Positions 8,416 through 17,325 of a stretch of 53,966 nucleotides of DNA are shown in pieces. The notes under the pieces are model-generated. The model saw only the letters and a program-made list of their open reading frames with translations, was not told the origin of the DNA and did no database searches. Each line of letters begins with the position of its first letter. The stretch's first letter is position 1. Origin of the DNA: an uncultured Rhodobacterales bacterium (lineage in GTDB: Bacteria > Pseudomonadota > Alphaproteobacteria > Rhodobacterales > Rhodobacteraceae). The stretch covers positions 1 to 53,966 of the forward strand of contig CAYTUW010000001.1 of NCBI GenBank assembly GCA_964441435.1, read 5' to 3'. The position numbers and the translations under genes were made by a program.

Positions 8416-9918
8416 TCAGTCATGACTCGTCAAAGCACGGCGAGCTCGGGATGGGGCGGTCAGCTCTTCATAATGTCGGACCAACGCCTGAACATGTACT
8501 TCCGGTGTTGGCGGTGTCATGGCACCCTGCCAATATGCCGTCATGTCGGGGTCGGTTTGCGTGATCCACTTCAACCGCGCCAGAAGGGAAGCTGAGCTGC
8601 CTGCCTTGAAACGCCAGTCTTTATCACCAGACAATTCCTGCGCACCACCGCGATCGCTGGTCAATAAGGCGATCTTGCGGGCATGCATTTCAATCGCAAC
8701 CTGGGGGAGGTTATCTTCCCAGAGGACAGGCACGATCCCAAGTGTGACAGGTTGCAGAATATCATCCAGCATATCCGGTGAATAACCATCATGGTACACT
8801 ACGGATCCGAACTTTTCACGCAGCGCATGGATACGCCCCATGGTGTTCGGATCAGTGGCAGCGGCGGCTATAGCGATATTGAAACGTCCGGCCATCGAGT
8901 TGGGAAGCGCCTCAAGCGCATCCAGCAAGAAGAAGAAGCCCTTATCTTTTCGCATGTATCCCAGATAGCCGATTGTTATACGGCCATCCGGCCCGACCAG
9001 TGGTTTGGGTTTGATGGTGGCTGCGAATTTCCTTGCATGATCTGAACCGATGTATTCAGTCTTCGTTTTCTGGGTGTTGATGCCATATTGGTGGGCGATC
9101 TCTTCGACACGGCGGGAAACGCAGAGCACCCGGTCAACATGCAGGTTGATGCCCGAGATCATGGCCGTCCGGCGCCGTAAAAACCGTTTGGGGTCGGATG
9201 GGTGTACATGTTTAGGTGGTGCCCGGAACCGATGTAGAAAATGCCGACTTCGCCACACCCGAAGCGCAACCCTGAAGATTTGCGAAAACAGCGGTGACTG
9301 TGGCACAAGACCAGCCAGTTTCAACTTATATGCAAGCGCATGCGCCAACCGCAGGCTGGTCGGGCTTGGCTGCGGACCGATACAAGATTCACAATCCCGC
9401 CCCGCCTTGAAATCACTACAATGGGCGCGCTCTTGTTTCCACAAATTAACCTGGGGACATATCGGATAATAATTGTGCAGCGATAACAATACCTTGGTGT
9501 CGGGAAAATGACTGCTGAGTTCCAGAACTGACGCGGGCAACCCTTCGAGGTTGTTAAAATGCACAATATCGAACGGCCCGTTTCGGTGCAAAAAATCAAA
9601 AAATACCTTCTGCGTTTGTTCATGTGTCAGCTGGGCATCGCTGCCAAAGGAATGGTGCGCCGGGGCCAGCAGGCCCGAATTGACGATCTCAAAGCGGCGG
9701 TCCTGATCCTGGTCAGACCCATGTCGCAGCTTTTCCCACCGTGGCCGCCGCGAAAGGAAATCATAGGAAATGCCTGCAGAGATAAAATAGGGATCTATCC
9801 CCTTTGTCCGTCGCATGGCATCCATAAGATTGCGCTGATAGACCGTGACGCCGCCACCGCGCCGTTCACTATCGCGGTAATCAACCCAGTTATAGTAAAG
9901 AACACGTAAAGGACGCAT
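8416..9918 (-). CDS. GT-B fold glycosyltransferase (GT4-like)
   Basis: ORF 8416..9957. Start at ATG 9918 (MRPLRVLYYNW) is preferred because it clears the upstream Trm112 gene. C-terminal half has a GT4-like pattern (GIVPVLWEDNLPQVAIEMHARKIALLTSDRGGAQEL). Confidence 0.7.
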   Translation of the reverse strand: MRPLRVLYYNWVDYRDSERRGGGVTVYQRNLMDAMRRTKGIDPYFISAGISYDFLSRRPRWEKLRHGSDQDQDRRFEIVNSGLLAPAHHSFGSDAQLTHEQTQKVFFDFLHRNGPFDIVHFNNLEGLPASVLELSSHFPDTKVLLSLHNYYPICPQVNLWKQERAHCSDFKAGRDCESCIGPQPSPTSLRLAHALAYKLKLAGLVPQSPLFSQIFRVALRVWRSRHFLHRFRAPPKHVHPSDPKRFLRRRTAMISGINLHVDRVLCVSRRVEEIAHQYGINTQKTKTEYIGSDHARKFAATIKPKPLVGPDGRITIGYLGYMRKDKGFFFLLDALEALPNSMAGRFNIAIAAAATDPNTMGRIHALREKFGSVVYHDGYSPDMLDDILQPVTLGIVPVLWEDNLPQVAIEMHARKIALLTSDRGGAQELSGDKDWRFKAGSSASLLARLKWITQTDPDMTAYWQGAMTPPTPEVHVQALVRHYEELTAPSRARRALTSHD

Positions 9919-9931
9919 CAGTCGCGTTGAG

Positions 9932-10120
9932 CTATCCAAGTTTACGCGCCTCATCAATCAACATCATGGGAATCCCGTCACGGATCGGAAAGGCAAGCCT
10001 GGCGCGGTCACTGACAAGTTCCTGCGCTTCCGCGTCGTAGCGCAGATTAGCCAGTGTTTGTGGGCAAACCAGGATTTCCAGCATCTTTGGGTCAAATGGC
10101 GTATCGTTCTCACTACTCAT
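9932..10120 (-). CDS. Trm112 family protein (UPF0434/YcaR-like)
   Basis: 62 aa, with LEILVCP...L......L.......[12 protein letters not shown] typical of the family. Confidence 0.85.
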   Translation of the reverse strand: MSSENDTPFDPKMLEILVCPQTLANLRYDAEAQELVSDRARLAFPIRDGIPMMLIDEARKLG

Positions 10121-10749
10121 TGCATTACCTCATCTGTGGACCCACCGCGCAACGCATACTGCACAAGTGCAAACAACATTTCCCGTCGGTGCGCCAAAGC
10201 CGACGCTTCAAGCAGTGCCTGTTTGTCCTCTGCGCTTAGCGGGCACATCATGGAAAGAGAGTTTATCAGGAGCTCATCTTCGGCATCCTTCAACCGGTCC
10301 CAGTCCGTCGAAAGTTCCTCCGCCTCAAGGTAGCGGCGCAAGATCGACAGGAATGCATCGCGGTCAAATCCCTTGTCGTGTTCGGGGCGCCCGAGATCGC
10401 CGTGGAATTTTTGCCAGCCAACCTGCGCTCGCCGATACGGTGTAAAGCCTGATATTTCCTCTGAAATCTCAAAGCGGCTCACACCGGTCAGTGTGATCAT
10501 GTAGCGGCCGTCTTCCGTTTCGGTGAAGGACGTTAGCCGCCCCGCGCAGCCGACGCGCCTTAACTCATCACCGTTCTTCACGGGCTGAACGATTCCAATG
10601 AGCCGTTGCGACGATTTAAGCGCATCTTCCAGAAGCGCCAGGTAGCGCGGCTCAAACACATGCAAAGGTAGGCGCGCGCGCGGCAGAAGGATTGCTCCCG
10701 ACAATGGGAACAGTGGCACTATATCCGGCAGGTCGGCGACCGAGAACAT
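10117..10749 (-). CDS. LON peptidase N-terminal (substrate-binding) domain protein
   Basis: [33 protein letters not shown] matches the Lon N-domain signature. ATGA-type overlap with the downstream Trm112 gene. Confidence 0.85.
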   Translation of the reverse strand: MFSVADLPDIVPLFPLSGAILLPRARLPLHVFEPRYLALLEDALKSSQRLIGIVQPVKNGDELRRVGCAGRLTSFTETEDGRYMITLTGVSRFEISEEISGFTPYRRAQVGWQKFHGDLGRPEHDKGFDRDAFLSILRRYLEAEELSTDWDRLKDAEDELLINSLSMMCPLSAEDKQALLEASALAHRREMLFALVQYALRGGSTDEVMQ

Positions 10750-10777
10750 GAAATCAGTCTAACCGCGTGGTTAGCCG

Positions 10778-11686
10778 TTAGGCAAATATCATTGACGATA
10801 GTTTGCGTCGCCCGTTCAGCGCCACCGGGTCCTCTGGTTTTAATGCCTCAAAGATCGTGAACAGCTGCACTTTGGCCGCGCCGTCGTTCCACTCGCGATC
10901 ACGGCGGAACAAATCCAGAAGTTCAGCTACTGCCGCCTCAATATCCCCATTTGCGTGAAGTGCTGTAGCCAGATCGAACCGGGCCTGATGATTATCCGGT
11001 TCCGCCTCTACCTGCGTACGCAATTCGGCTACCGGACCGGCATCTGAAGCCTGCCGTGCCAGTTCAAGTTGTGCTGCTGCCGCTTCGACTTCGGTTGATG
11101 TGGAAATCTCAGCTGGTACGCCATTCAAAATGGCCTCCGCCTGGTCGATGTCGCCTGTTGCCAGGTGCGCCCGGATCAATCCACCATATGCCGGGGCATT
11201 GTTCGGCTCCTCCCCGAGGATTGCCGCGAAGGTCTGGGCCGCGTCCGCAGCCGCCCCTTCGGTGAGCATTTCCTCGGCAGCGGCAATGGCTTCTGACAGG
11301 CCACCATCGTCACCAGACAGCGCCGTCACCTTATCAACAAAGGCCTTGATCTCAGAGGGCGGAAGAGCACCCTGAAACCCATCAACCGGCTGTCCCTGCC
11401 AGAAAGCATAGACCGTAGGGATTGACTGGACGCGCAACTGACCCGCAATACCCTGATTGCGGTCAACGTCGATCTTGACCATTCGAACCTTGCCCTTGGC
11501 TTCGGCTACCGCTGCCTCCAGTGCCGGGCCAAGCGTCTTGCATGGCCCGCACCATTCCGCCCAGAAATCGACGATCACCGGAACCTGCTGGCTCATTTCA
11601 ATGACGTCCGCCATAAAGGACGCTTCATCTCCGTCCTTGATCAGCCCATCTTCGGGAGTGGTGTTTTCTGCGCCAAGTTCCAGCAT
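10778..11686 (-). CDS. Thioredoxin-domain plus TPR co-chaperone (YbbN/CnoX-like)
   Basis: WCGPC active site (DFWAEWCGPCKTL) followed by an Ala-rich helical repeat region. ATG 11686 (MLELGAE) preferred over the longer ORF start at 11758. Confidence 0.85.
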   Translation of the reverse strand: MLELGAENTTPEDGLIKDGDEASFMADVIEMSQQVPVIVDFWAEWCGPCKTLGPALEAAVAEAKGKVRMVKIDVDRNQGIAGQLRVQSIPTVYAFWQGQPVDGFQGALPPSEIKAFVDKVTALSGDDGGLSEAIAAAEEMLTEGAAADAAQTFAAILGEEPNNAPAYGGLIRAHLATGDIDQAEAILNGVPAEISTSTEVEAAAAQLELARQASDAGPVAELRTQVEAEPDNHQARFDLATALHANGDIEAAVAELLDLFRRDREWNDGAAKVQLFTIFEALKPEDPVALNGRRKLSSMIFA

Positions 11687-11852
11687 GCGTTCGTTCCCGG
11701 TTGGTTTCGGATCGGAGCTTAAATGGCGTGAAACCCGTCTCTGTTCAAGGGGCATCATTAGTTAATGACCGGTTACGCGCGCGATCCCTTCGGTAGAGCA
11801 ACACTAATGAATTCACGTCCAGTTTTCGGCAGCAAAGCGGAGTTCTGCCCAG

Positions 11853-13265
11853 ATGACCAATACACCAATTCATGCCCTTCCATGTATCGAACCTTCTCAG
11901 GCTCAGAAACATGTCACTCACAACGAAGCCCTTCGACAGCTTGATGTCCTGACACAGCTTTCTGTTGATTCACGCACTGAAACGGCACCACCCGCGACGC
12001 CCGGCATCGGGGATCGCTATATTGTGGCGGCCCCCGCCACCGATGCGTTTGCAGGGCATGAGAACGACATCGCTGTTTATGAAGAAACAGGCTGGCGGTT
12101 TGTCACGCCACAGGAAGGCTGGACAGCGGTTGACAGGTCTCTGGGTGGACTACTCGTTTTTGGATCAGGCGGCTGGGTCGGACTGCAGCCGCCCGACCTT
12201 AACAACCTTGCTGCGGTCGGCATCAACACGACCGCCGATAGCGCCGGGCGACTGGCCGTTGCGGCTGATCGTAGCGTTTTCACCCATGACGGCGCCGACC
12301 ATCAGGTCGTCGTCAACAAATCATCGGCCACCGACACCGCAAGTCTGCTGTTTCAGAACAACTGGATCGGTCATGCGGAAATGGGACTGGCGGGAGAGAC
12401 GAATTTTTCAATCAAGGTCAGCGCGGACGGAACCAACTGGAACACGACCATGGTGGCTGATGCGGCAACCGGAACGGTGTCTTTCCCTAATGGGGGTGTA
12501 AGACGGGTGATGCCATCGGACACGACATGGTACGTCGATCCAATCGCAGGGTCGGACTCAAACGACGGGCTTTCCCCTGGTACCGGGGCGTTTGCTACAA
12601 TTCAGAAGGCCGTGGATACCATCATGACCATAGACGCGGGCGGGAATACCGCCACCATTCAACTGGCGGATGGGAATTACCCCCTGTCACAGCCCGTCGT
12701 GATCAACCAGGCCGTCCTCGGGGCATCGGCATTCAATATCACGGGTAATATTGCAAACCCTGATCAGGTCACCATCTCATCCCCTGAAGCCGTCTTTGAC
12801 ATGAAACAGACCGCCGTCACGGTCACGGGGGTTACCCTGTCGACAAGCGGCACAAACGAAAGCTGCTTTGAGCTTTGGGACAATTCTTTTCTATACTTTG
12901 GCAATCTACGGTTTGGAACGGCAACCCGGTCGCATGTTTACATCATTAATTCCACCGCCGTTGCCATTGCTGACTATGAAATCATCGACGGGGCGAAACG
13001 GCATTTTCAACTTGATCATCAGGGGTCTTTGCGCGCCTATGGCTATACGGTGACGTTAACAGGCACCCCGGCATTTCCTATTGGGTTCGTCGCGGCAAGC
13101 AACGCCTCAAGCGTCGGGATTTCAGGGATCACCTTCGCCGGAGCAGCGACCGGGCGCCGGTATGCGATCTACGGGGTCGCAATCGTGAATACAGGCGGGT
13201 CGGGCACGTCTTATTTCCCCGGCGATGTAAATGGCGTGACCGGCAGCAACGGAACCTATGCCTGA
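11853..13265 (+). CDS. DUF2793-domain protein with C-terminal right-handed beta-helix (tail-fibre/tail-spike-like)
   Basis: N-terminus LPCIEPSQAQKHVTHNEALRQLDVLTQLSV...GDRYIV matches my memory of DUF2793. Later WYVDPIAGSDSNDGLSPGTGAFATIQKAVD is the usual start of pectate-lyase-type beta-helix domains. Confidence 0.7.
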   Translation: MTNTPIHALPCIEPSQAQKHVTHNEALRQLDVLTQLSVDSRTETAPPATPGIGDRYIVAAPATDAFAGHENDIAVYEETGWRFVTPQEGWTAVDRSLGGLLVFGSGGWVGLQPPDLNNLAAVGINTTADSAGRLAVAADRSVFTHDGADHQVVVNKSSATDTASLLFQNNWIGHAEMGLAGETNFSIKVSADGTNWNTTMVADAATGTVSFPNGGVRRVMPSDTTWYVDPIAGSDSNDGLSPGTGAFATIQKAVDTIMTIDAGGNTATIQLADGNYPLSQPVVINQAVLGASAFNITGNIANPDQVTISSPEAVFDMKQTAVTVTGVTLSTSGTNESCFELWDNSFLYFGNLRFGTATRSHVYIINSTAVAIADYEIIDGAKRHFQLDHQGSLRAYGYTVTLTGTPAFPIGFVAASNASSVGISGITFAGAATGRRYAIYGVAIVNTGGSGTSYFPGDVNGVTGSNGTYA

Positions 13266-13546
13266 AGCGGAAGGCACCCGGTCAGCCCGGCCGGAAGAAC
13301 AAGCAGCGCCCCGGCCTCATACAGCCGGGGCCCGGCATCCGGTATTTCCGTTGACAGGGTGATTGTAACGCTCCCTCTAGCGAGGACGGAAAAATCCGCA
13401 GGCAGGCGGCTCAGGAAGTCTTCGGACGGAAACATGACGACGGCGGCTGGCGCTGCATCTGAAACATACATCACCCCTGTCATCACAGCGATCCAGCCGG
13501 CCAGTACAGCCGGAAGTATGCTCAGACATTTAATAATCGTGGACAT
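13256..13546 (-). CDS. Hypothetical small membrane-anchored protein
   Basis: 96-aa ORF with one N-terminal hydrophobic helix. Overlaps the stop of the upstream gene by 17 nt, consistent with an operon. No family recognised. Confidence 0.4.
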   Translation of the reverse strand: MSTIIKCLSILPAVLAGWIAVMTGVMYVSDAAPAAVVMFPSEDFLSRLPADFSVLARGSVTITLSTEIPDAGPRLYEAGALLVLPAGLTGCLPLQA

Positions 13547-14576
13547 GTTCTAATGCGCCGTCCTCAAGCGCCCGCAAACGTGTGGCAAGTTCGGTCACCT
13601 TGACCAGAACGAGGCTGCGAATATCCCCGTAGCCCTGCCGTTCAAACGCATGAACCGCGTCATCAATGGCCTTGGTGCCGATCACCGTGAACAGAATATC
13701 ATCATTCCCGGCAATTTCCACAAACTCGGCGCCTGCTTTGGCCATATCAGCCAACAGGTGTGTGAGTTCGCGGTAGCGCGGGGTTTCGATTTCCATACCC
13801 TCAGGGCGCGTCCCGACCACAGTAACGCCATCAAGTGCGGAAAGCTCACCCGCGCTGAGCCCACGCACAACCATCCGCAGCGTCAGCGCATCCGGCCCGA
13901 TACTTTCGACCGCTGCCGCTATAACATCGGCATAGGAAGCCTTTACCGAATACTCCACACCCAGGGCGAAGCGACGTTCCCGATCACGGAAACCGCCGGA
14001 GTTTGCCGTTTCCAGTTCCCCGACATCACGGCGAAAATCCCACTGATGCCATGGCACCTGCCGAAGGAAAGCTGCATAGTCCCGGGCCTGCCGGGCAGAG
14101 AGATCGTCAAGCGGCGCGCGGGCGCTGCCCCTGATCCAGGTTGCCACGCGGCCCAGCGTTTCCTCATAGGCCGCTTTGGCCAATAGCTCCGCCGTGAAAC
14201 TGACACCAATCACGTAGACCATCTGTTTGGTCGGCCAATCGAACCCGCCGTGGTCCCCGACAGTTTCCGACAAGGCACAGAGCGATGACCAGAACCCGCC
14301 GATGGATTTCAGATAGCCGAATTCATGCGGGTCATTGGTACTTATAACCTCTGCGTAGTCATCATAGGCGTGCACGATATGCCATTCCGGGTAGGTCATC
14401 AGGGTGCGCCCCTCCGCCCGATGATGGGTTTCGGGCAGGATCGCGGCGTAGTCATTCGCCTGTATATCGCTGCGACAGGCAAGCTCGACATAGCCAACAG
14501 GTGCGAGCAGGCCGATCGCCAGCAAGAGGAGCAGCAGAACCAGCCGCTTCACCCATCGGAATAGCCAGCGGATCAT
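13530..14576 (-). CDS. Hypothetical N-terminally membrane-anchored protein (~348 aa)
   Basis: Long ORF with TM segment LVLLLLLLAIGLLAPVGYV. ATG 14576 forms an ATGA overlap with the stop of the upstream DUF4383-like gene. Confidence 0.6.
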   Translation of the reverse strand: MIRWLFRWVKRLVLLLLLLAIGLLAPVGYVELACRSDIQANDYAAILPETHHRAEGRTLMTYPEWHIVHAYDDYAEVISTNDPHEFGYLKSIGGFWSSLCALSETVGDHGGFDWPTKQMVYVIGVSFTAELLAKAAYEETLGRVATWIRGSARAPLDDLSARQARDYAAFLRQVPWHQWDFRRDVGELETANSGGFRDRERRFALGVEYSVKASYADVIAAAVESIGPDALTLRMVVRGLSAGELSALDGVTVVGTRPEGMEIETPRYRELTHLLADMAKAGAEFVEIAGNDDILFTVIGTKAIDDAVHAFERQGYGDIRSLVLVKVTELATRLRALEDGALEHVHDY

Positions 14577-14980
14577 GCCGGGCGGCCCCATTTGAGCCCC
14601 GCAAAGAGCGCAACACCGCCAAGCGCGATATGCGGCAGGTTCGCCAGCACGCGGAACATGGTAAAGGACATGCCCGCCGAAGGGTTGGTAAAGATACCAA
14701 GATCCAGATAGCCCCAGCCGGTAAAGAAGCCAAAGACCCCGTCAGCCAGGTAGAGCGCCCCGAAGATCACAAGGAAAATCTTCGCCGCGCGGTGGCTGAT
14801 AAGCCCTGCGGCCAAAGCCCAAAGTGCAGAAGCCAAGTGCAGTGAGTCATCGTATATATCCAGCGCGAAAATGCCGAAGGCGAGCCCGTTTTCATCCGTG
14901 AGGCCGGGAATGTAATTCAGCGCCGCCGCGACAAGCAGAGCCACGAAATAGCCGATGGCGATTTTTTGCAGAATGCTCAT
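14573..14980 (-). CDS. Small integral membrane protein, DUF4383-like
   Basis: About four hydrophobic helices. The pattern NYIPGL...FALDIYDDSLHL...GF resembles DUF4383. ATG 14980 forms an ATGA overlap with the stop of the FAD oxidase gene. Confidence 0.6.
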   Translation of the reverse strand: MSILQKIAIGYFVALLVAAALNYIPGLTDENGLAFGIFALDIYDDSLHLASALWALAAGLISHRAAKIFLVIFGALYLADGVFGFFTGWGYLDLGIFTNPSAGMSFTMFRVLANLPHIALGGVALFAGLKWGRPA

Positions 14981-16464
14981 AGGGCCTCCAGATAGCTGTC
15001 CCACAGGTTGTTGCGGAAGGTGAGCGCCGGGTCGATCCGGCGTTTGAGTGCCGCGAATTCACGCGCCCGCGGATAAGCGCGGGTCAGTTGATCGAGCCGC
15101 GCATGGGGACGGTAAGGCAGGTAATAGGTGCCGCCGATGTCGATGATGCGTTCGATCAGCTCTTCGGTCATCCTGGCCATGTCTGCCTCCCCGCGTCTGG
15201 TCATTTCCTGACTGAAGGACATGACGGCAGCAATCCGCGGCACGGATGCATAGGCGAGCATGCTGTCGGGATCAGAGTCGATGAAACGCAGAGTCACATT
15301 GAGGAATTCCTGATAGGAAGCCGGGATCACTTCTCGACAGGCCGTAAGAAAATCGGGGAAGCGATCAGGTGACACGAAATATTCGTGCAGGATATCTGTC
15401 CGCTGCGGGTCACGATCATCAAGGGTCACCACGGGTTCGTTGATCAGGCTGTTGCGCGTGACTTCGCCCCCGCCAAGGGACGGCCCGACTACGGTTTCAT
15501 TCCACCAGCGAAACCGCTTCATCCGTTCGTTGCCAAGCTGCCAGCGATAGACACGCGCGGCAGCGTCGGACATGAACCCCGATCCCGATGCGGCGGGAAG
15601 ATCGGATTGATTGGCGACCGGGCGGTAGGTGATCATCAAGGCTTCACGGAAGAAATGCGCCCGATCGACGTTGAGCCGCCCATAGGCCATGTTAACCGCC
15701 CGGTCATTCACCGCCTCAACAAATCGGGTGCCATATTCTTCTGCCGGGAACTGCTCAAAATGTGGCTCTAATCTTAGGTTATCAGCCGCTTCGACCTCCA
15801 TTTCGATGATCGCGCCAATGAGCCCATAGCCACCCATTGCGGCGTTAAACAACTCTGAATTTTCGTTCCGTGAACAGCGGACCAGGTCGCCATCCGGCAA
15901 CACCATCCGAAGGCTTGTCACCGTCGCCCCCATGGGGCCAAGCTTCACGGGCCAGCCATGGGCATTCACCGAAAACGTCGCGGCGATGCCGAAATCATTA
16001 TTCGACTGCATGACCTTTGGTGACATGCCCAGCGGATCAAGTGCCTTGATCACTGCGTCCCAGCGCAAGCCCGCATGAGCGCGAAAGCTACGAGTCGCGG
16101 TGTCAGGTTCGATAAACCCCGTTTCAAACGTCACCGCATGCCCATCGCGCGGGATGGCCTGTCCACCCATGGAATGACGCGCCGCACCAATGCTGAAGGG
16201 GCGGCCATCGGCCTCGGCGTCACGGATTTCCGCCCGGATCACGTCCACAAATTCGGCACCAGGATCCTGGCGCATGACGATATGTTTGTGGATCGGTGTT
16301 TCCGAAAGACCACTTGCATCGTTGAGCGTGCCTGGCCCACCGCTGGGCATCAGAGAGGTTGTGCCGTCAAAACCCGGATTCGCGCTTTGGAAATACCTGG
16401 CCCCGGCGACCCCAAGTGCCGCCCCGCTGCCAAGCAAAATGGCACGTCGTGTAAATCTGGCCAT
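14977..16464 (-). CDS. FAD-binding (FAD_binding_4/PCMH-type) oxidoreductase with twin-arginine signal
   Basis: MARFTRRAILLGSGAALGVAGA is Tat-like. ARHSMGGQA and the C-terminal LKRRIDPALTFRNNLW are typical of FAD-linked oxidases. Confidence 0.8.
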   Translation of the reverse strand: MARFTRRAILLGSGAALGVAGARYFQSANPGFDGTTSLMPSGGPGTLNDASGLSETPIHKHIVMRQDPGAEFVDVIRAEIRDAEADGRPFSIGAARHSMGGQAIPRDGHAVTFETGFIEPDTATRSFRAHAGLRWDAVIKALDPLGMSPKVMQSNNDFGIAATFSVNAHGWPVKLGPMGATVTSLRMVLPDGDLVRCSRNENSELFNAAMGGYGLIGAIIEMEVEAADNLRLEPHFEQFPAEEYGTRFVEAVNDRAVNMAYGRLNVDRAHFFREALMITYRPVANQSDLPAASGSGFMSDAAARVYRWQLGNERMKRFRWWNETVVGPSLGGGEVTRNSLINEPVVTLDDRDPQRTDILHEYFVSPDRFPDFLTACREVIPASYQEFLNVTLRFIDSDPDSMLAYASVPRIAAVMSFSQEMTRRGEADMARMTEELIERIIDIGGTYYLPYRPHARLDQLTRAYPRAREFAALKRRIDPALTFRNNLWDSYLEAL

Positions 16465-16486
16465 GACCCCTACCAATCAGTGTCTA

Positions 16487-17275
16487 TTACAGGTCAAAAG
16501 TGGCAAAAACAGGGGCGTGATCGCTTGGTTTTTCCCAGCCACGCGCATGACGCAAAACGCGCGAAGAATGCCCGGCATTCGCAATGTCCGGGGTTGCCCA
16601 GATATGATCTAGGCGCCGCCCCTTATCCGCCGCATCCCAATCCCGCGCGCGGTAGGACCACCAGCTGTAAAGCTGACCCTCGGGGATATCGTTGCGCGTT
16701 ACATCCGTCCATTTTCCCGCAGCCATGACATCGGCAAAATGCTCCACTTCGATCGGAGTGTGGCTGACCACTTTCAACAGCTTCTTATGGTCCCAGACAT
16801 CATCCTCTCGCGGCGCGATGTTAAGGTCCCCCACAAGGATTGATTTCTGCGGATTATCAGCATGGAACATGTCCCGCATTTCCGTGAGATAATCGAGCTT
16901 CTGCCCAAATTTTTCATTTACCTCGCGGTCTGGTACATCGCCGCCAGCGGGAACATAATAGTTGTTAATGACAACGCCATTGTCCAGTTTTGCCGCAATA
17001 TGGCGTGCATGGCCCAGATCGGCGTGATCATGGCTTGCCACTTCGGTTATCGGCAGGCGCGACAGGATCGCCACGCCGTTGTATCCCTTCTGCCCACGCG
17101 CAACCATGTGGGTGTAGCCAAGTGCTGCAAAGCTTTCAGTCGGGATCTTCTCCACCGGACTTTTGCATTCCTGCAGGCACAGCACGTCTGGTGCTTCTTC
17201 CTGCATGAGCTTCAGGACAATCGGTTCGCGCAGGCGGACCGAGTTAATATTCCAGGTGGCGAGCGTGAATGCCAT
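16487..17275 (-). CDS. xthA: Exodeoxyribonuclease III
   Basis: MAFTLATWNINSVRLR...LCLQE...SDHAPV are hallmarks. The ORF track extends 76 codons further upstream; ATG 17275 gives the canonical ~262 aa. Confidence 0.9.
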   Translation of the reverse strand: MAFTLATWNINSVRLREPIVLKLMQEEAPDVLCLQECKSPVEKIPTESFAALGYTHMVARGQKGYNGVAILSRLPITEVASHDHADLGHARHIAAKLDNGVVINNYYVPAGGDVPDREVNEKFGQKLDYLTEMRDMFHADNPQKSILVGDLNIAPREDDVWDHKKLLKVVSHTPIEVEHFADVMAAGKWTDVTRNDIPEGQLYSWWSYRARDWDAADKGRRLDHIWATPDIANAGHSSRVLRHARGWEKPSDHAPVFATFDL

Positions 17276-17325
17276 GTGAGTTTCCTTTGATTGCAAGGAC
17301 CATATGGGGGCGCAGTCTGGCCGCA

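Noticed and set aside
1-9957. Claim that the glycosyltransferase/protease block is a low-GC horizontally acquired island
   Set aside because: Spot counts on a few 60-nt lines ranged from about 40% to 55% GC inside the block, versus about 57% for one leuS line. That sample is too patchy to support a claim without a proper windowed GC and codon-usage calculation.
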